DNA of 64,000 nt from a virus. Its lineage: Duplodnaviria > Caudoviricetes. A program made the position numbers and the translations under genes. The stretch spans positions 1 through 64,000 of the IMG/VR virus record IMGVR_UViG_3300027751_000004; one strand, given 5' to 3'. How positions within the stretch are numbered: position 1 is the stretch's first letter; each line of letters begins with the position of its first letter. Under the pieces are notes generated by a model. That model was given only the letters and a program-made list of their open reading frames with translations, was not told where the DNA came from and searched no databases. Shown here one piece after another: positions 37,125-46,153 of the stretch.

Positions 37125-38144
37125 TTACATAAATGCGTCAAGACCCATTACCACTTGACTGTCTTCGTTAAACATCCAATTCAATCTATCAATGTTGCCA
37201 GTTGATACAAACTCAGAATACTTAGACTTATTGATAACCCTAGTTTCATATACACGCTCGTCTAGAGTTTCCTCACGAGCCTGCCACAATACTTCCCATT
37301 CAATACCAGCCCAGTCATCTGCTTCGACTTTACGGATCTCTTCAGCAACTCTATCATTATAGTAACCCAAGTATCTACCATGATGCTCACGGAATATCTT
37401 CTTGAATGCGCAGAGAGCAGTTTCCATAGTGAATGTATTTAGATCTTTATCAAGGTGAGAGAATCTACTCTTCATCTCAACTAGTATAGACTTTGCCTCA
37501 TCCTCTAGCCACTGATATTCATCTGGCGTAAGTTTAGCATCATACCAATCATCTTTACCGAGAGCCATACACAAACCATTGCGGTGAGATCTAGAACCAC
37601 CATAATCCTTTAAGAGTAAAGTCCTAGGAACGTTAGGTATATGGGCAGTATGGTTTAGATGCTGTAGGAAGAACCAAGTAGAGTATCTACCAAACTTATA
37701 GAACTTGTCTGTAACTGCGTTGTATAGGTTATCAAAGTTGACATACTCGTTATCACCCATAAGAGACTCGAACGATTCACGCTGAGATCTAGATCCAACA
37801 AACTCCGCATAGGACTTGAACATATCTGGCAAATGACCTTTTGACCACTTAGTGTCTGTTTGATATCTGAGACGTTTATAGTTCTCAGTGTTCCAAAGAC
37901 TCATGCGGTCATAGGTAGCAAGTTCGAAGTCGGGGAACTCGTTGATAAGGATCCAAGCGGTCGGCAGATAATATGTGTTGCCATATAACCAAGACAACCA
38001 TATTCTCTGCTCTGAGTTATGCTCGAATCTATCATTGAGGTAGTTAGTCATCCATACGGCAGGGTCGCAGTCTTTATATTCTACCGACCAAGCATACCAC
38101 TTTATGAATGCTTCTCTACGATTTTGTTTTAATCTATAATCCAT
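37125..38144 (-). CDS. amino-acid:DNA transferase (aGPT-Pplase family, HhH-glycosylase fold)
   Basis: DCDP, FGRYSTWFFLQ, METALCAFKK, GRYLGYY; cluster context. Confidence 0.7.
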   Translation of the reverse strand: MDYRLKQNRREAFIKWYAWSVEYKDCDPAVWMTNYLNDRFEHNSEQRIWLSWLYGNTYYLPTAWILINEFPDFELATYDRMSLWNTENYKRLRYQTDTKWSKGHLPDMFKSYAEFVGSRSQRESFESLMGDNEYVNFDNLYNAVTDKFYKFGRYSTWFFLQHLNHTAHIPNVPRTLLLKDYGGSRSHRNGLCMALGKDDWYDAKLTPDEYQWLEDEAKSILVEMKSRFSHLDKDLNTFTMETALCAFKKIFREHHGRYLGYYNDRVAEEIRKVEADDWAGIEWEVLWQAREETLDERVYETRVINKSKYSEFVSTGNIDRLNWMFNEDSQVVMGLDAFM

Positions 38145-38145
38145 A

Positions 38146-39438
38146 TTACTCTTCAAATGCAGGAAGTACATCAACCTGAATATCTAGCTGGTGGAAGTTG
38201 ATGGTATCTTTTAGGTCTTTTAACCAAGAGCCATCTTCATGCTCAGCGATCTCCATCTTAGAAGTATAGTGAAGAACAATAGCACCTTTATCGGCACTGA
38301 CGTTTTTCATTCTACGACATATATAACCAAACGCTTGACCATGTTTTGCTTTAGACATCTGAGCATGAACAGTAGCGATATTATCCTTACCATAGTTTTC
38401 CCATTCATACCGCTCAAAGAACGCATCATCATAAGCAATGATGTTAGATTGATACTTCAGAGATGCCTCTGTTTTCTGTATGCGGTTTTGAACAGACTTA
38501 AACAAACCACTTAGCTTTTTCTTAGAGGGGATTACAAGGATGAATCTATCATAGATTAGTTTCCTTGCTCGCTCCTCTTGTAGCGGTTGCGATATATCAA
38601 GTTTCTGCTCGAGGATGAAGTTTTGCATCTGGCGTTTGATATCTTCATCGCTATTATACTCACGAATCTTATCACCCTCTTTGTTCATTAACATACCAAA
38701 GAAGTTGTAGTTCGTTTTCCTAGTTTTCTCATTAGAGCCAAACTCCGACTCGTTAATAAAGATAACAGGAGCAGTAGATATTCCTCGGACTTTCATAAGG
38801 GCAGCAGTTCGGTTGTTACCATCTAGGATAGTACGCTCGCCATCAGATTTAACCACAACTGTAATCGGGTCGAGTAACTCAGATATCTTCTCTGGGTTCT
38901 CTTCCATAGCGTTTACTAGTTTACTCACATGATGTGGCTTAATAGTTTCTACACGGACTTGGTTCTTACTGTACGATGATAACTGGTTCAAAGGCACTTG
39001 TTGAACATCGTATTTGCTACCTGCTATATTATCGGCAATTGTTTTGATTCTTTGATTCTCATCAGCAAAGGAGTTTTCGATTTCAATACCGTCAGTCTTA
39101 CCCTCGATATAATCAATAATAACTTCCTTCATCTCTGGAGTGATAAGTGCCTCGTCAACACAATGCGCATTATTCTTATAATTGTACATGAGGTCTCTGG
39201 ATACTTTGGTGCCATACTTGAGGGCAAACCACTCAAGGGTTTTTGCGATATCTAGATCTTGCTCTTTGCCCACATAGATTATACTGCGTTTGAGTAGACC
39301 ACAACTGTAGTCTTGCCAAAACTCTGGATTCTCGGATGATGAAATGTAGAATGATTTACCAGCTGGTTGTAACCCGATATACATCTTACTGGATTCAATA
39401 TTGCGATATGCATAAACATATACGTTATTAGTCAACAC
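38146..39438 (-). CDS. GIY-YIG-like N-terminus fused to a ParB/Srx-like domain
   Basis: YVYAYRN...MYIG; PITVV...ILDGNNRTAAL; GTG start with GAGGAG RBS. Confidence 0.55.
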   Translation of the reverse strand: MLTNNVYVYAYRNIESSKMYIGLQPAGKSFYISSSENPEFWQDYSCGLLKRSIIYVGKEQDLDIAKTLEWFALKYGTKVSRDLMYNYKNNAHCVDEALITPEMKEVIIDYIEGKTDGIEIENSFADENQRIKTIADNIAGSKYDVQQVPLNQLSSYSKNQVRVETIKPHHVSKLVNAMEENPEKISELLDPITVVVKSDGERTILDGNNRTAALMKVRGISTAPVIFINESEFGSNEKTRKTNYNFFGMLMNKEGDKIREYNSDEDIKRQMQNFILEQKLDISQPLQEERARKLIYDRFILVIPSKKKLSGLFKSVQNRIQKTEASLKYQSNIIAYDDAFFERYEWENYGKDNIATVHAQMSKAKHGQAFGYICRRMKNVSADKGAIVLHYTSKMEIAEHEDGSWLKDLKDTINFHQLDIQVDVLPAFEE

Positions 39439-39472
39439 GTGCTTTTCTCCTCTATTCGGTCAAGCAAGTAGT

Positions 39473-39501
39473 ATTATATAATAAAATGACACAAAAGTAA
39501 A
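39473..39501 (-). promoter_or_regulatory. early promoter inside the modification cluster
   Basis: TTTACT-17bp-TATAAT. Confidence 0.8.
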
Positions 39502-39509
39502 GGTTTTTT

Positions 39510-40043
39510 TTAAAAGAATTCTGTGAGTCCTTCTGGCTCTACAAACACTTCAACACAACCACCTTTACCTTTCTTGTTTACTGCAGCAAAGATTGTTGGG
39601 TCTGATATATCATAGTAACCATCTTGAAATGTATTATTGATACGGAACATTGATAATTGACATCCGCTTTTCTGTTTACCTAGAAACTGAAACCCACATT
39701 TCTCGTAAAAGGCAACAGCATCTGGCTCGGACGAAACACGGTAGTATAGTGCTTTATCTGCCTTTGCCCTTTGTAAAGATTCGATACAAAGTGTTCTACC
39801 GACCCCTTTACCTCTATGATTAGCAAAAGTATGAAGCAGTTGAAGGTTCGCTACTTTTGGCGAACGTTTTGACACAGTTGTGATGATTGCTCCGAGTAAG
39901 TCGTTACCGTCCCAGAGACCAATGCAATAATCCCACTGCCCCTGCATGTTCGCCTTTGTTACAAATGTTTTGGCGAACTTGTCTGCAGGATCAGTAGTAA
40001 TGGCAGAAGTAAATTCTTCTGCTGTAGTTTTACGCAACTTCAT
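39510..40043 (-). CDS. GNAT acetyltransferase
   Basis: HRGKGVGR acetyl-CoA motif, AVAFYEKCGF. Confidence 0.9.
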   Translation of the reverse strand: MKLRKTTAEEFTSAITTDPADKFAKTFVTKANMQGQWDYCIGLWDGNDLLGAIITTVSKRSPKVANLQLLHTFANHRGKGVGRTLCIESLQRAKADKALYYRVSSEPDAVAFYEKCGFQFLGKQKSGCQLSMFRINNTFQDGYYDISDPTIFAAVNKKGKGGCVEVFVEPEGLTEFF

Positions 40044-40902
40044 GGTATTCACGCTTTTTAGTTCCACGTTCTTTAGCCCATTTAGTTTTCTGATGACCGA
40101 CCCACTGGTTCAAATTCCAATCAAATGGAGGGAACTCATAGTCTCCTTCCGATAGTATTTCTTTTACGCTTGGACCACCGTTTAGGGCAGCATCTATAAA
40201 TGCTTCAACGAAGCGGAACATAGACTCCATATGCTTGCGTTCAGTTGTAGCACGGAAGCAACGGAACTCTATCGTACCAGTGTGTTTCATACAATAGGTA
40301 TTGATAGCATATCTGAAAGGTCTACCCATAGAAACTCCATCCTTACCTGCTGCGTGTAACTTGATAAAGTGATCAAAGTCGGTAGCAAGATTCATGATAT
40401 TGTTTGCCATGTATTCAGGCATTTGACGACCACCATCATACTTCATGTACATCTTAGCACCTTTTGCTTTCTTCATTGAACCAGATTCGTGAAAGAGTCC
40501 GCAGTTCTCGACAACATCAGCTTGGTTATCTTTGATGTACTTTATCAAACGCTTCAGAGCGTCTAGATCTTCAGTCAGCTTTGGTACATAAACATGTAGG
40601 TGAGAATGGCTGAGGCAGTTAGAAGTAGGTTCGCAACCCTGATCAATAAACCACTGTTTAACCTCTTGGATACGGTCTACCTGTCCTTCCCAAGTTTTAG
40701 TCGGTTTGGTATTAACCTCACCGCCAAACGGAGGGTCTTCACCTAGAGGGTCGCAGGCAACGTATCTATAAGGATCTCGTAGATTAACTACGTCAGTCTC
40801 GGAGTATTCCCAACTACCAAGATGTTCGGGTATTTCTAACCTGCGGTCAATATCGCCCCATTCAATTTCATATCCCCAAGTAAAGTCTTTTTTATCATAC
40901 AT
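40030..40902 (-). CDS. amidoligase (glutamine synthetase/COOH-NH2 ligase fold)
   Basis: WGYEIEW, GGEVN, HSHLHV, TIEFRCF. Confidence 0.75.
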   Translation of the reverse strand: MYDKKDFTWGYEIEWGDIDRRLEIPEHLGSWEYSETDVVNLRDPYRYVACDPLGEDPPFGGEVNTKPTKTWEGQVDRIQEVKQWFIDQGCEPTSNCLSHSHLHVYVPKLTEDLDALKRLIKYIKDNQADVVENCGLFHESGSMKKAKGAKMYMKYDGGRQMPEYMANNIMNLATDFDHFIKLHAAGKDGVSMGRPFRYAINTYCMKHTGTIEFRCFRATTERKHMESMFRFVEAFIDAALNGGPSVKEILSEGDYEFPPFDWNLNQWVGHQKTKWAKERGTKKREYHEVA

Positions 40903-40914
40903 AACAATTTACCT

Positions 40915-41529
40915 TTAAGGTTGTAAGTCTTCACCAGCATAATCTACTCGGCTGGTTTCTAAAGTTTTAAATCCACTACGTTTAATAATATCTTGAGTTG
41001 ATGAGTATATCTTACCTCGATCAACTTCGGCTGTCCAAAGTGGACGTTTACCATTACGCATATATTGTATACCATTTCTGTCCAAAAGTAAAGCAGAAAT
41101 TGATGCGGTTTCCCAAGCAGTAGGATCTGGTCGATGAAACAGTAACTCAGAGTCGTTTGCCGTTTCACAATCTAACTCGTATAGATCTTTCCAGTTCTCT
41201 GGTAACTCTTGAGAGATAACCCCATTATGAACAAGAGATAAACCCTCATCCGCAATAGGTTGATTGAATCTAAGGTCAGAAGTGCTATAACGACAATGAG
41301 CAACTGCCTTCATATCTCCATTCTCGTCAACCCAGTCTGCTGGATTATTGTTCTTCATAAACTCAACAGCATCTACTGGCTCTTTAATGGTATGAACCTT
41401 ACCCTCTTTCAGGTAAGATACGCCAGTGGCATGCTTGCCTCTAATCCTAGATTCAATGAATAGGTGACGGATAGAAGATATATCCTTAGCAGTTACGCCA
41501 CTTATCTCAATACCAATTACTGCGCACAC
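40915..41529 (-). CDS. class II (Ntn) glutamine amidotransferase
   Basis: N-terminal MCAVIG, RGKHATG, HCRYST, QP, HNG, NDSE. Confidence 0.9.
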   Translation of the reverse strand: MCAVIGIEISGVTAKDISSIRHLFIESRIRGKHATGVSYLKEGKVHTIKEPVDAVEFMKNNNPADWVDENGDMKAVAHCRYSTSDLRFNQPIADEGLSLVHNGVISQELPENWKDLYELDCETANDSELLFHRPDPTAWETASISALLLDRNGIQYMRNGKRPLWTAEVDRGKIYSSTQDIIKRSGFKTLETSRVDYAGEDLQP

Positions 41530-42941
41530 TAGAAGAACTCCTCCAAACTTGCTTTTTCTTCATATGCTTCAGGGTGGTACTTTTCTACCATTTCTCGACC
41601 ACCAGTAGATTCAAGATACTCGTACCATTCATCAGAGTCCCACATTGAAGGTGATACGCCATTCCATCGATCACGCCACATAGGATGCTCTTTGTTAAGT
41701 CTACGATGATCAACAAACTGTCTGCGGATTACCTCATAGTCATACGAGCCAAGCTGTAGCATATCCTCGCGGAAGTAGAATACTAGCGACATACGAAGCA
41801 TATCATCTTCACCTGAGTCAGGTGCTTCGATCGGAGTGTTACCGTGAATGATTCTCATATTATCTACAAGCAGTAGATCTCCTGGACGAGCATTAATAGC
41901 CATACGAACTTCAGGGCAACAGAGATAACCGCCTTTCCAATCTGTACCATCTTTGGTAACTACTGTTAGATTGCTGAAACCCTCATTCAAAGAACCAGCA
42001 TCACGATGACAAGCCATACGTGCGTTACGATCTTTGGTGGTTGTATTTACAGTAATCGTAGTAAAGGTAGTATCCTCGCCAATAAGGAATCGTTTGTCCA
42101 TTTGCTCAGCGCACTTCTGTTGGCGACCATATCGTACAGGTAGCAAACGTTTGAACTCAGCTTCTAGTTTACGAGCAAACGGATAGCATTTCTCAAAGGT
42201 TGTGCGATTATGCTCAGTGAACGAAGTCGGTCTACCAAACGGAATACGAGGATACCTACCATAGAAGCCAGCAATACCAGACCACAATGCTGCTGCGTAA
42301 GAAGTTTGAGAGATGTAGCTATCATATATTTTCTTAGCCGTAACTGATGCTTCACGCAAGTCAGCATCTCTTAGTTCTTCCATTACAGTGTTAAAGAATG
42401 TGCGGTAATCGCCATAATCATTCTCAACTTTAGATCGTAACCAAACAGAACCACGTGCTTCGTTATTACCGCTACCAAGATACTTTTCTTTGATAGCTTC
42501 AAGAGGATCGGAGCCATCAAGAGATAGCGGTTGACCATCCATGTAATACTTGAGGACTTCTACCTGATAGGGAGTTACCCAATCACGCCCACCACTTTTC
42601 TCTACTCGCTCACCTGCTGCCAAACCACGATTATGAGATTCAACCGCAGCATCGAACAAACCATCAAACGCACCTGATTGCTCGTCTGATGTGAATGTGT
42701 TTTTACGGAACTTGAATGCTATTCTATCTTCATTAAGTTCGCCAACCTCACCATCTACATTAGATTCCGCTGGTAAGTATACGTCGGCATCACTATCAAT
42801 TACGATATCGTAGCTTTCTTCCGTAGCAAATTTACCGAGCAAGTCGTCTTGGTTCTCGACAAAAAGAGCAACATATACGTCTTGCCCCTCATCGCCTTTG
42901 AACTTCTGCCACTTGCGACCATTTATATCAATTATTTCCAT
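41529..42941 (-). CDS. TET/JBP-family 2OG-Fe(II) dioxygenase
   Basis: FTTITVN, CHRDAG (HxD), IHGNTPI, RMSLVFYFRE. Confidence 0.85.
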   Translation of the reverse strand: MEIIDINGRKWQKFKGDEGQDVYVALFVENQDDLLGKFATEESYDIVIDSDADVYLPAESNVDGEVGELNEDRIAFKFRKNTFTSDEQSGAFDGLFDAAVESHNRGLAAGERVEKSGGRDWVTPYQVEVLKYYMDGQPLSLDGSDPLEAIKEKYLGSGNNEARGSVWLRSKVENDYGDYRTFFNTVMEELRDADLREASVTAKKIYDSYISQTSYAAALWSGIAGFYGRYPRIPFGRPTSFTEHNRTTFEKCYPFARKLEAEFKRLLPVRYGRQQKCAEQMDKRFLIGEDTTFTTITVNTTTKDRNARMACHRDAGSLNEGFSNLTVVTKDGTDWKGGYLCCPEVRMAINARPGDLLLVDNMRIIHGNTPIEAPDSGEDDMLRMSLVFYFREDMLQLGSYDYEVIRRQFVDHRRLNKEHPMWRDRWNGVSPSMWDSDEWYEYLESTGGREMVEKYHPEAYEEKASLEEFF

Positions 42942-42964
42942 AATATTCTCCTAATACAACGCAT

Positions 42965-42993
42965 ATTATACTATACTTCATACTAAATGTCAA
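42965..42993 (-). promoter_or_regulatory. perfect-consensus sigma70 promoter of the modification cluster
   Basis: TTGACA-17bp-TATAAT. Confidence 0.85.
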
Positions 42994-43372
42994 GCACTTT
43001 TTTCAAATCAGGTTCAGAATAATCTGGACCCTTTAGAATCTTACCATCTTCACGATAGATGGGTTTACCATCCTCGCCCAACTTACTCATATTAGATCTT
43101 TGTACCTCACGGAAACAAGCGTCAAGGTCAATACCAAATGCGTGTCCTGCGCCATAGGTAACATATAGAATATCAGTTAGTGCGTCAGCAACCTCAACCA
43201 TATCCTTTTCTGCCATTGCTACAAATAGTTCTTGTAGTTCTTCTTTGATAAGTTCGTATCGTAGAGCAACAGTATCTAAATCTGGGAACTCAGGCGATCG
43301 CTTTACTTCCTGCCCAAAGGCATCCATAAAGACATTTACTTTGTTAAAGTTTGTTTGGTAATAGTGTGTCAT
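42983..43372 (-). CDS. MazG-like NTP pyrophosphohydrolase
   Basis: LIKEELQEL, EVADALTDILYV, EVQRSNMSK. Confidence 0.85.
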   Translation of the reverse strand: MTHYYQTNFNKVNVFMDAFGQEVKRSPEFPDLDTVALRYELIKEELQELFVAMAEKDMVEVADALTDILYVTYGAGHAFGIDLDACFREVQRSNMSKLGEDGKPIYREDGKILKGPDYSEPDLKKVLDI

Positions 43373-45894
43373 TGAAAAAAGTCCTCTAGTGATATTTTCT
43401 CTTCTTCGTTCCAGCCGATTGCGGCAAGTATTGGTCTAACAACTTCCAAGAATGCTTTGTCGAACTGGAGGTCATAGTCAACGTATTTATGCAGCTTTAA
43501 ATCTTCGGGTAAGAAGTCTGGGAATGCGATTACATTTTCTTTAATAGGGTTTGGTACTTTAAGATAGGCAAACTTTATCTTTTCGCCATCTTTGATTGTT
43601 TGATACTTACGACCCAAGCCATTAGTCTCAATTTGATTATTGTAGAGTAATGACCCACGAACATGAATAGGTGTACCCTTCCTATAGATGAGTTGGCGGT
43701 CTACCCAATTAGTTACATTAGAAACTCCACGAGGGAATGCTACATCCTCTGGCGGTAGAGTGATAAAGTAATCCTTGAACTGCTTGATTGCCATTTGGGT
43801 TGTAGCTTCATCCTGAGTTATGATAACCTTGAACAACTCTTTGAGTGCTTTACGACAAGATGCGGGAGTAGAGGATTTAACTGCTTCGATACCCATAATC
43901 TTGAGTTTAGGTTCTGCGTATTGAACACCCTCGTTATTATGTACGTTTAGTATGTAACGTTTCTTAGCAGTCCAGATACCAGCATCAGCAATAGCTTCAC
44001 GAGCCATGACCATCTTGTTCTCATAAGCATCCATATACTCAGCTAGGTCGCCATAAGAATTTTCTAGCATAGGCTCGAACTGTTCAGAACAGACCTTATC
44101 AAGCATCTTTACAGTTTCAGCTTTGGGTAAGTCTTTGAAGTATTTATCGACGAGAGGTTCAAAGTTAATATACAACGAATCAGTATCGATGGCGATAACA
44201 TAATCTTTATCTTCTCCGATAATCTTGGACATGAATCGATTAACTGCCTGCTCTGCCCACCTGATCGATAACTGACCTGATAGCGTAATACCCTCAGCAA
44301 TACGCAGGTCAAAGTAACGGAACCAGCGATTACCAATAGCACCATAGAGAGAATTCATCATAATCTTGATAGCCATCTGTTCATTATCGAGAGTGGATAT
44401 CTTTTTCTCTAGTTGATATACTTCGGTCTTTTTAGTTTTATCAACGCCCTCTAGTTCCTGCGTGGCATCTAGCATCTGACGCTTTACTTGTTTCCTGCCA
44501 GCATATAGACTACCAACAACCTCAGGAATAACTCCACAAATATCCTTACGATAATGCGAACCATTTGCTGCCATGGTACAGTCGGGGCGTGCACTTTGAG
44601 GTTTACGACCCGACAAACAAGCATCAACGTTCACCCCCATAGTCGCATCATTTACGATAGTCTCGGGAGACATATTGTACTGCATAATCAGGTGAGGGTA
44701 TAGAGAGTTTAAGTCAAAGGAAACGACCCAAGCATGGCGACCAACCATAGGACTTTTAACAAAACCTCCAGGAAAGTCAGTCTTCATCTTTTCTTGTTTG
44801 GGCGGTACTGCTGTTTTCTTTTCGTATAGTTCTCGATAGAGGAACGTATCCCAAATACCAGTAGTACCAAACGCATCGCTGTAGTTTACCCCAGCTTTGT
44901 ACGCCAGAGTCATACACAAGGTGATGAGACCCATCTTATCTTCTAGTCGGTCAACTAGTTCTACGTCTTTGATATTATAGTCAACGAACTTCTGGTGATC
45001 GTGTTTGTACAGAGTAAAGAGATTACCATACTCCTCATAGGATAACTTGTTCTCCCCCAAAACAACATGGGCAATATGGTCAAGTTTGTATGACTCTTCG
45101 GCAGTATAGGTAAACTTCCTATAGAGATCCAAATAATCTATCTGCTCAACACCTTTGATCTCAAACTTCTGCTCGGTCTTACCTTTGATAGTAACCTTGC
45201 GCTCGTCGATTTTACCCCAAGGTGATAGTTTCTTAGCCATATCCTGACCAATCACTTTAGTTATTCGGTTGATCATATAGGTCATATCAAACAGAGTTGA
45301 GTTCCAACCAGTAATTACATCTGGCATGAACCGAGCATTAGACCAATGGGTAACAAACTCCATAAGTAATCTGGCTTCGGACTCGCACTTCTTGTAGATA
45401 ACTTGATTGTCCTGCATAATGGACTTAGAGGTATCGTAGTCGCCCAGACCCCAAACATAATATATGTTATCGATATTATTCTTAAGAGTAATTGTGATTA
45501 CTGGGTGATCTGCATATTGAGGTTCAGGGAATCCCTCGTCGGAAGCGACCTCAATATCGATGGTAGTGACATTGATAATGTCACGATTGAACTCAATAGT
45601 TCCTGGATACTTTTCCTGAACATACTGAGCAATGTAATTTGTATTGCCGTGAATCTTGAAGTTAGAGGTATCCCCATATTGCTGGATAAACTCCCTTGCT
45701 TCACGCATTGTATCGAAGTCTATTGGCTTGAGTGGTGCACCTGTTAAGGATTTCCAATCACCGCCTTCAGCTGGGACATATAGGGTTGGTGAGAAACGGA
45801 CACGTTCGGAATATTTATTCCCATCACGATATCCACGGACAAGTATGTCGTTAGAGAATCTGCTAACTGAGGTGTAGAAAGTATTATTCATCAT
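43369..45894 (-). CDS. 43: family B DNA polymerase gp43
   Basis: DIEV exo I, SFDLNSLYPH, KIMMNSLYG, IDTDS, KKRY; no intein or intron. Confidence 0.97.
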   Translation of the reverse strand: MMNNTFYTSVSRFSNDILVRGYRDGNKYSERVRFSPTLYVPAEGGDWKSLTGAPLKPIDFDTMREAREFIQQYGDTSNFKIHGNTNYIAQYVQEKYPGTIEFNRDIINVTTIDIEVASDEGFPEPQYADHPVITITLKNNIDNIYYVWGLGDYDTSKSIMQDNQVIYKKCESEARLLMEFVTHWSNARFMPDVITGWNSTLFDMTYMINRITKVIGQDMAKKLSPWGKIDERKVTIKGKTEQKFEIKGVEQIDYLDLYRKFTYTAEESYKLDHIAHVVLGENKLSYEEYGNLFTLYKHDHQKFVDYNIKDVELVDRLEDKMGLITLCMTLAYKAGVNYSDAFGTTGIWDTFLYRELYEKKTAVPPKQEKMKTDFPGGFVKSPMVGRHAWVVSFDLNSLYPHLIMQYNMSPETIVNDATMGVNVDACLSGRKPQSARPDCTMAANGSHYRKDICGVIPEVVGSLYAGRKQVKRQMLDATQELEGVDKTKKTEVYQLEKKISTLDNEQMAIKIMMNSLYGAIGNRWFRYFDLRIAEGITLSGQLSIRWAEQAVNRFMSKIIGEDKDYVIAIDTDSLYINFEPLVDKYFKDLPKAETVKMLDKVCSEQFEPMLENSYGDLAEYMDAYENKMVMAREAIADAGIWTAKKRYILNVHNNEGVQYAEPKLKIMGIEAVKSSTPASCRKALKELFKVIITQDEATTQMAIKQFKDYFITLPPEDVAFPRGVSNVTNWVDRQLIYRKGTPIHVRGSLLYNNQIETNGLGRKYQTIKDGEKIKFAYLKVPNPIKENVIAFPDFLPEDLKLHKYVDYDLQFDKAFLEVVRPILAAIGWNEEEKISLEDFFQ

Positions 45895-45901
45895 ATAGTA
45901 T

Positions 45902-45930
45902 ATTATACCGCATTTAATGGTAAAAGTCAA
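45902..45930 (-). promoter_or_regulatory. sigma70-type promoter abutting the gp43 start
   Basis: TTGACT-17bp-TATAAT. Confidence 0.75.
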
Positions 45931-45948
45931 GGGATATTTTAATAAAGT

Positions 45949-45971
45949 TGGGAGGGAATCTCACCCTCCCC
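45949..45971 (-). terminator. terminator hairpin
   Basis: GGGAGGG...CCCTCCC stem followed by an ACTTT run on the minus strand. Confidence 0.6.
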
Positions 45972-45976
45972 AATCT

Positions 45977-46096
45977 CTAAATTATAGCAGATGGAAACGC
46001 AGCAATAACAATAGTAGCAGGTGCAATCAATAAAGCTGCACTTAAAATTATAATTGCTTCGAATCCAGACCTGATATTATCATGTTTCTTTTTCAT
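45977..46096 (-). CDS. 39-aa membrane peptide (not in ORF track)
   Basis: MKKKHDNIRSGFEAIIILSAALLIAPATIVIAAFPSAII; GGAG RBS. Confidence 0.6.
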   Translation of the reverse strand: MKKKHDNIRSGFEAIIILSAALLIAPATIVIAAFPSAII

Positions 46097-46153
46097 GATT
46101 AACTCCAGTAAATTGTGTTTCAACAATCTACTAGGTTTTCGCTGTCAAAACGT

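Noticed and set aside
16172-45894. Introns or inteins in nrdA, nrdB, gene 41, uvsX, thyX or gene 43
   Set aside because: All are continuous ORFs of normal length.
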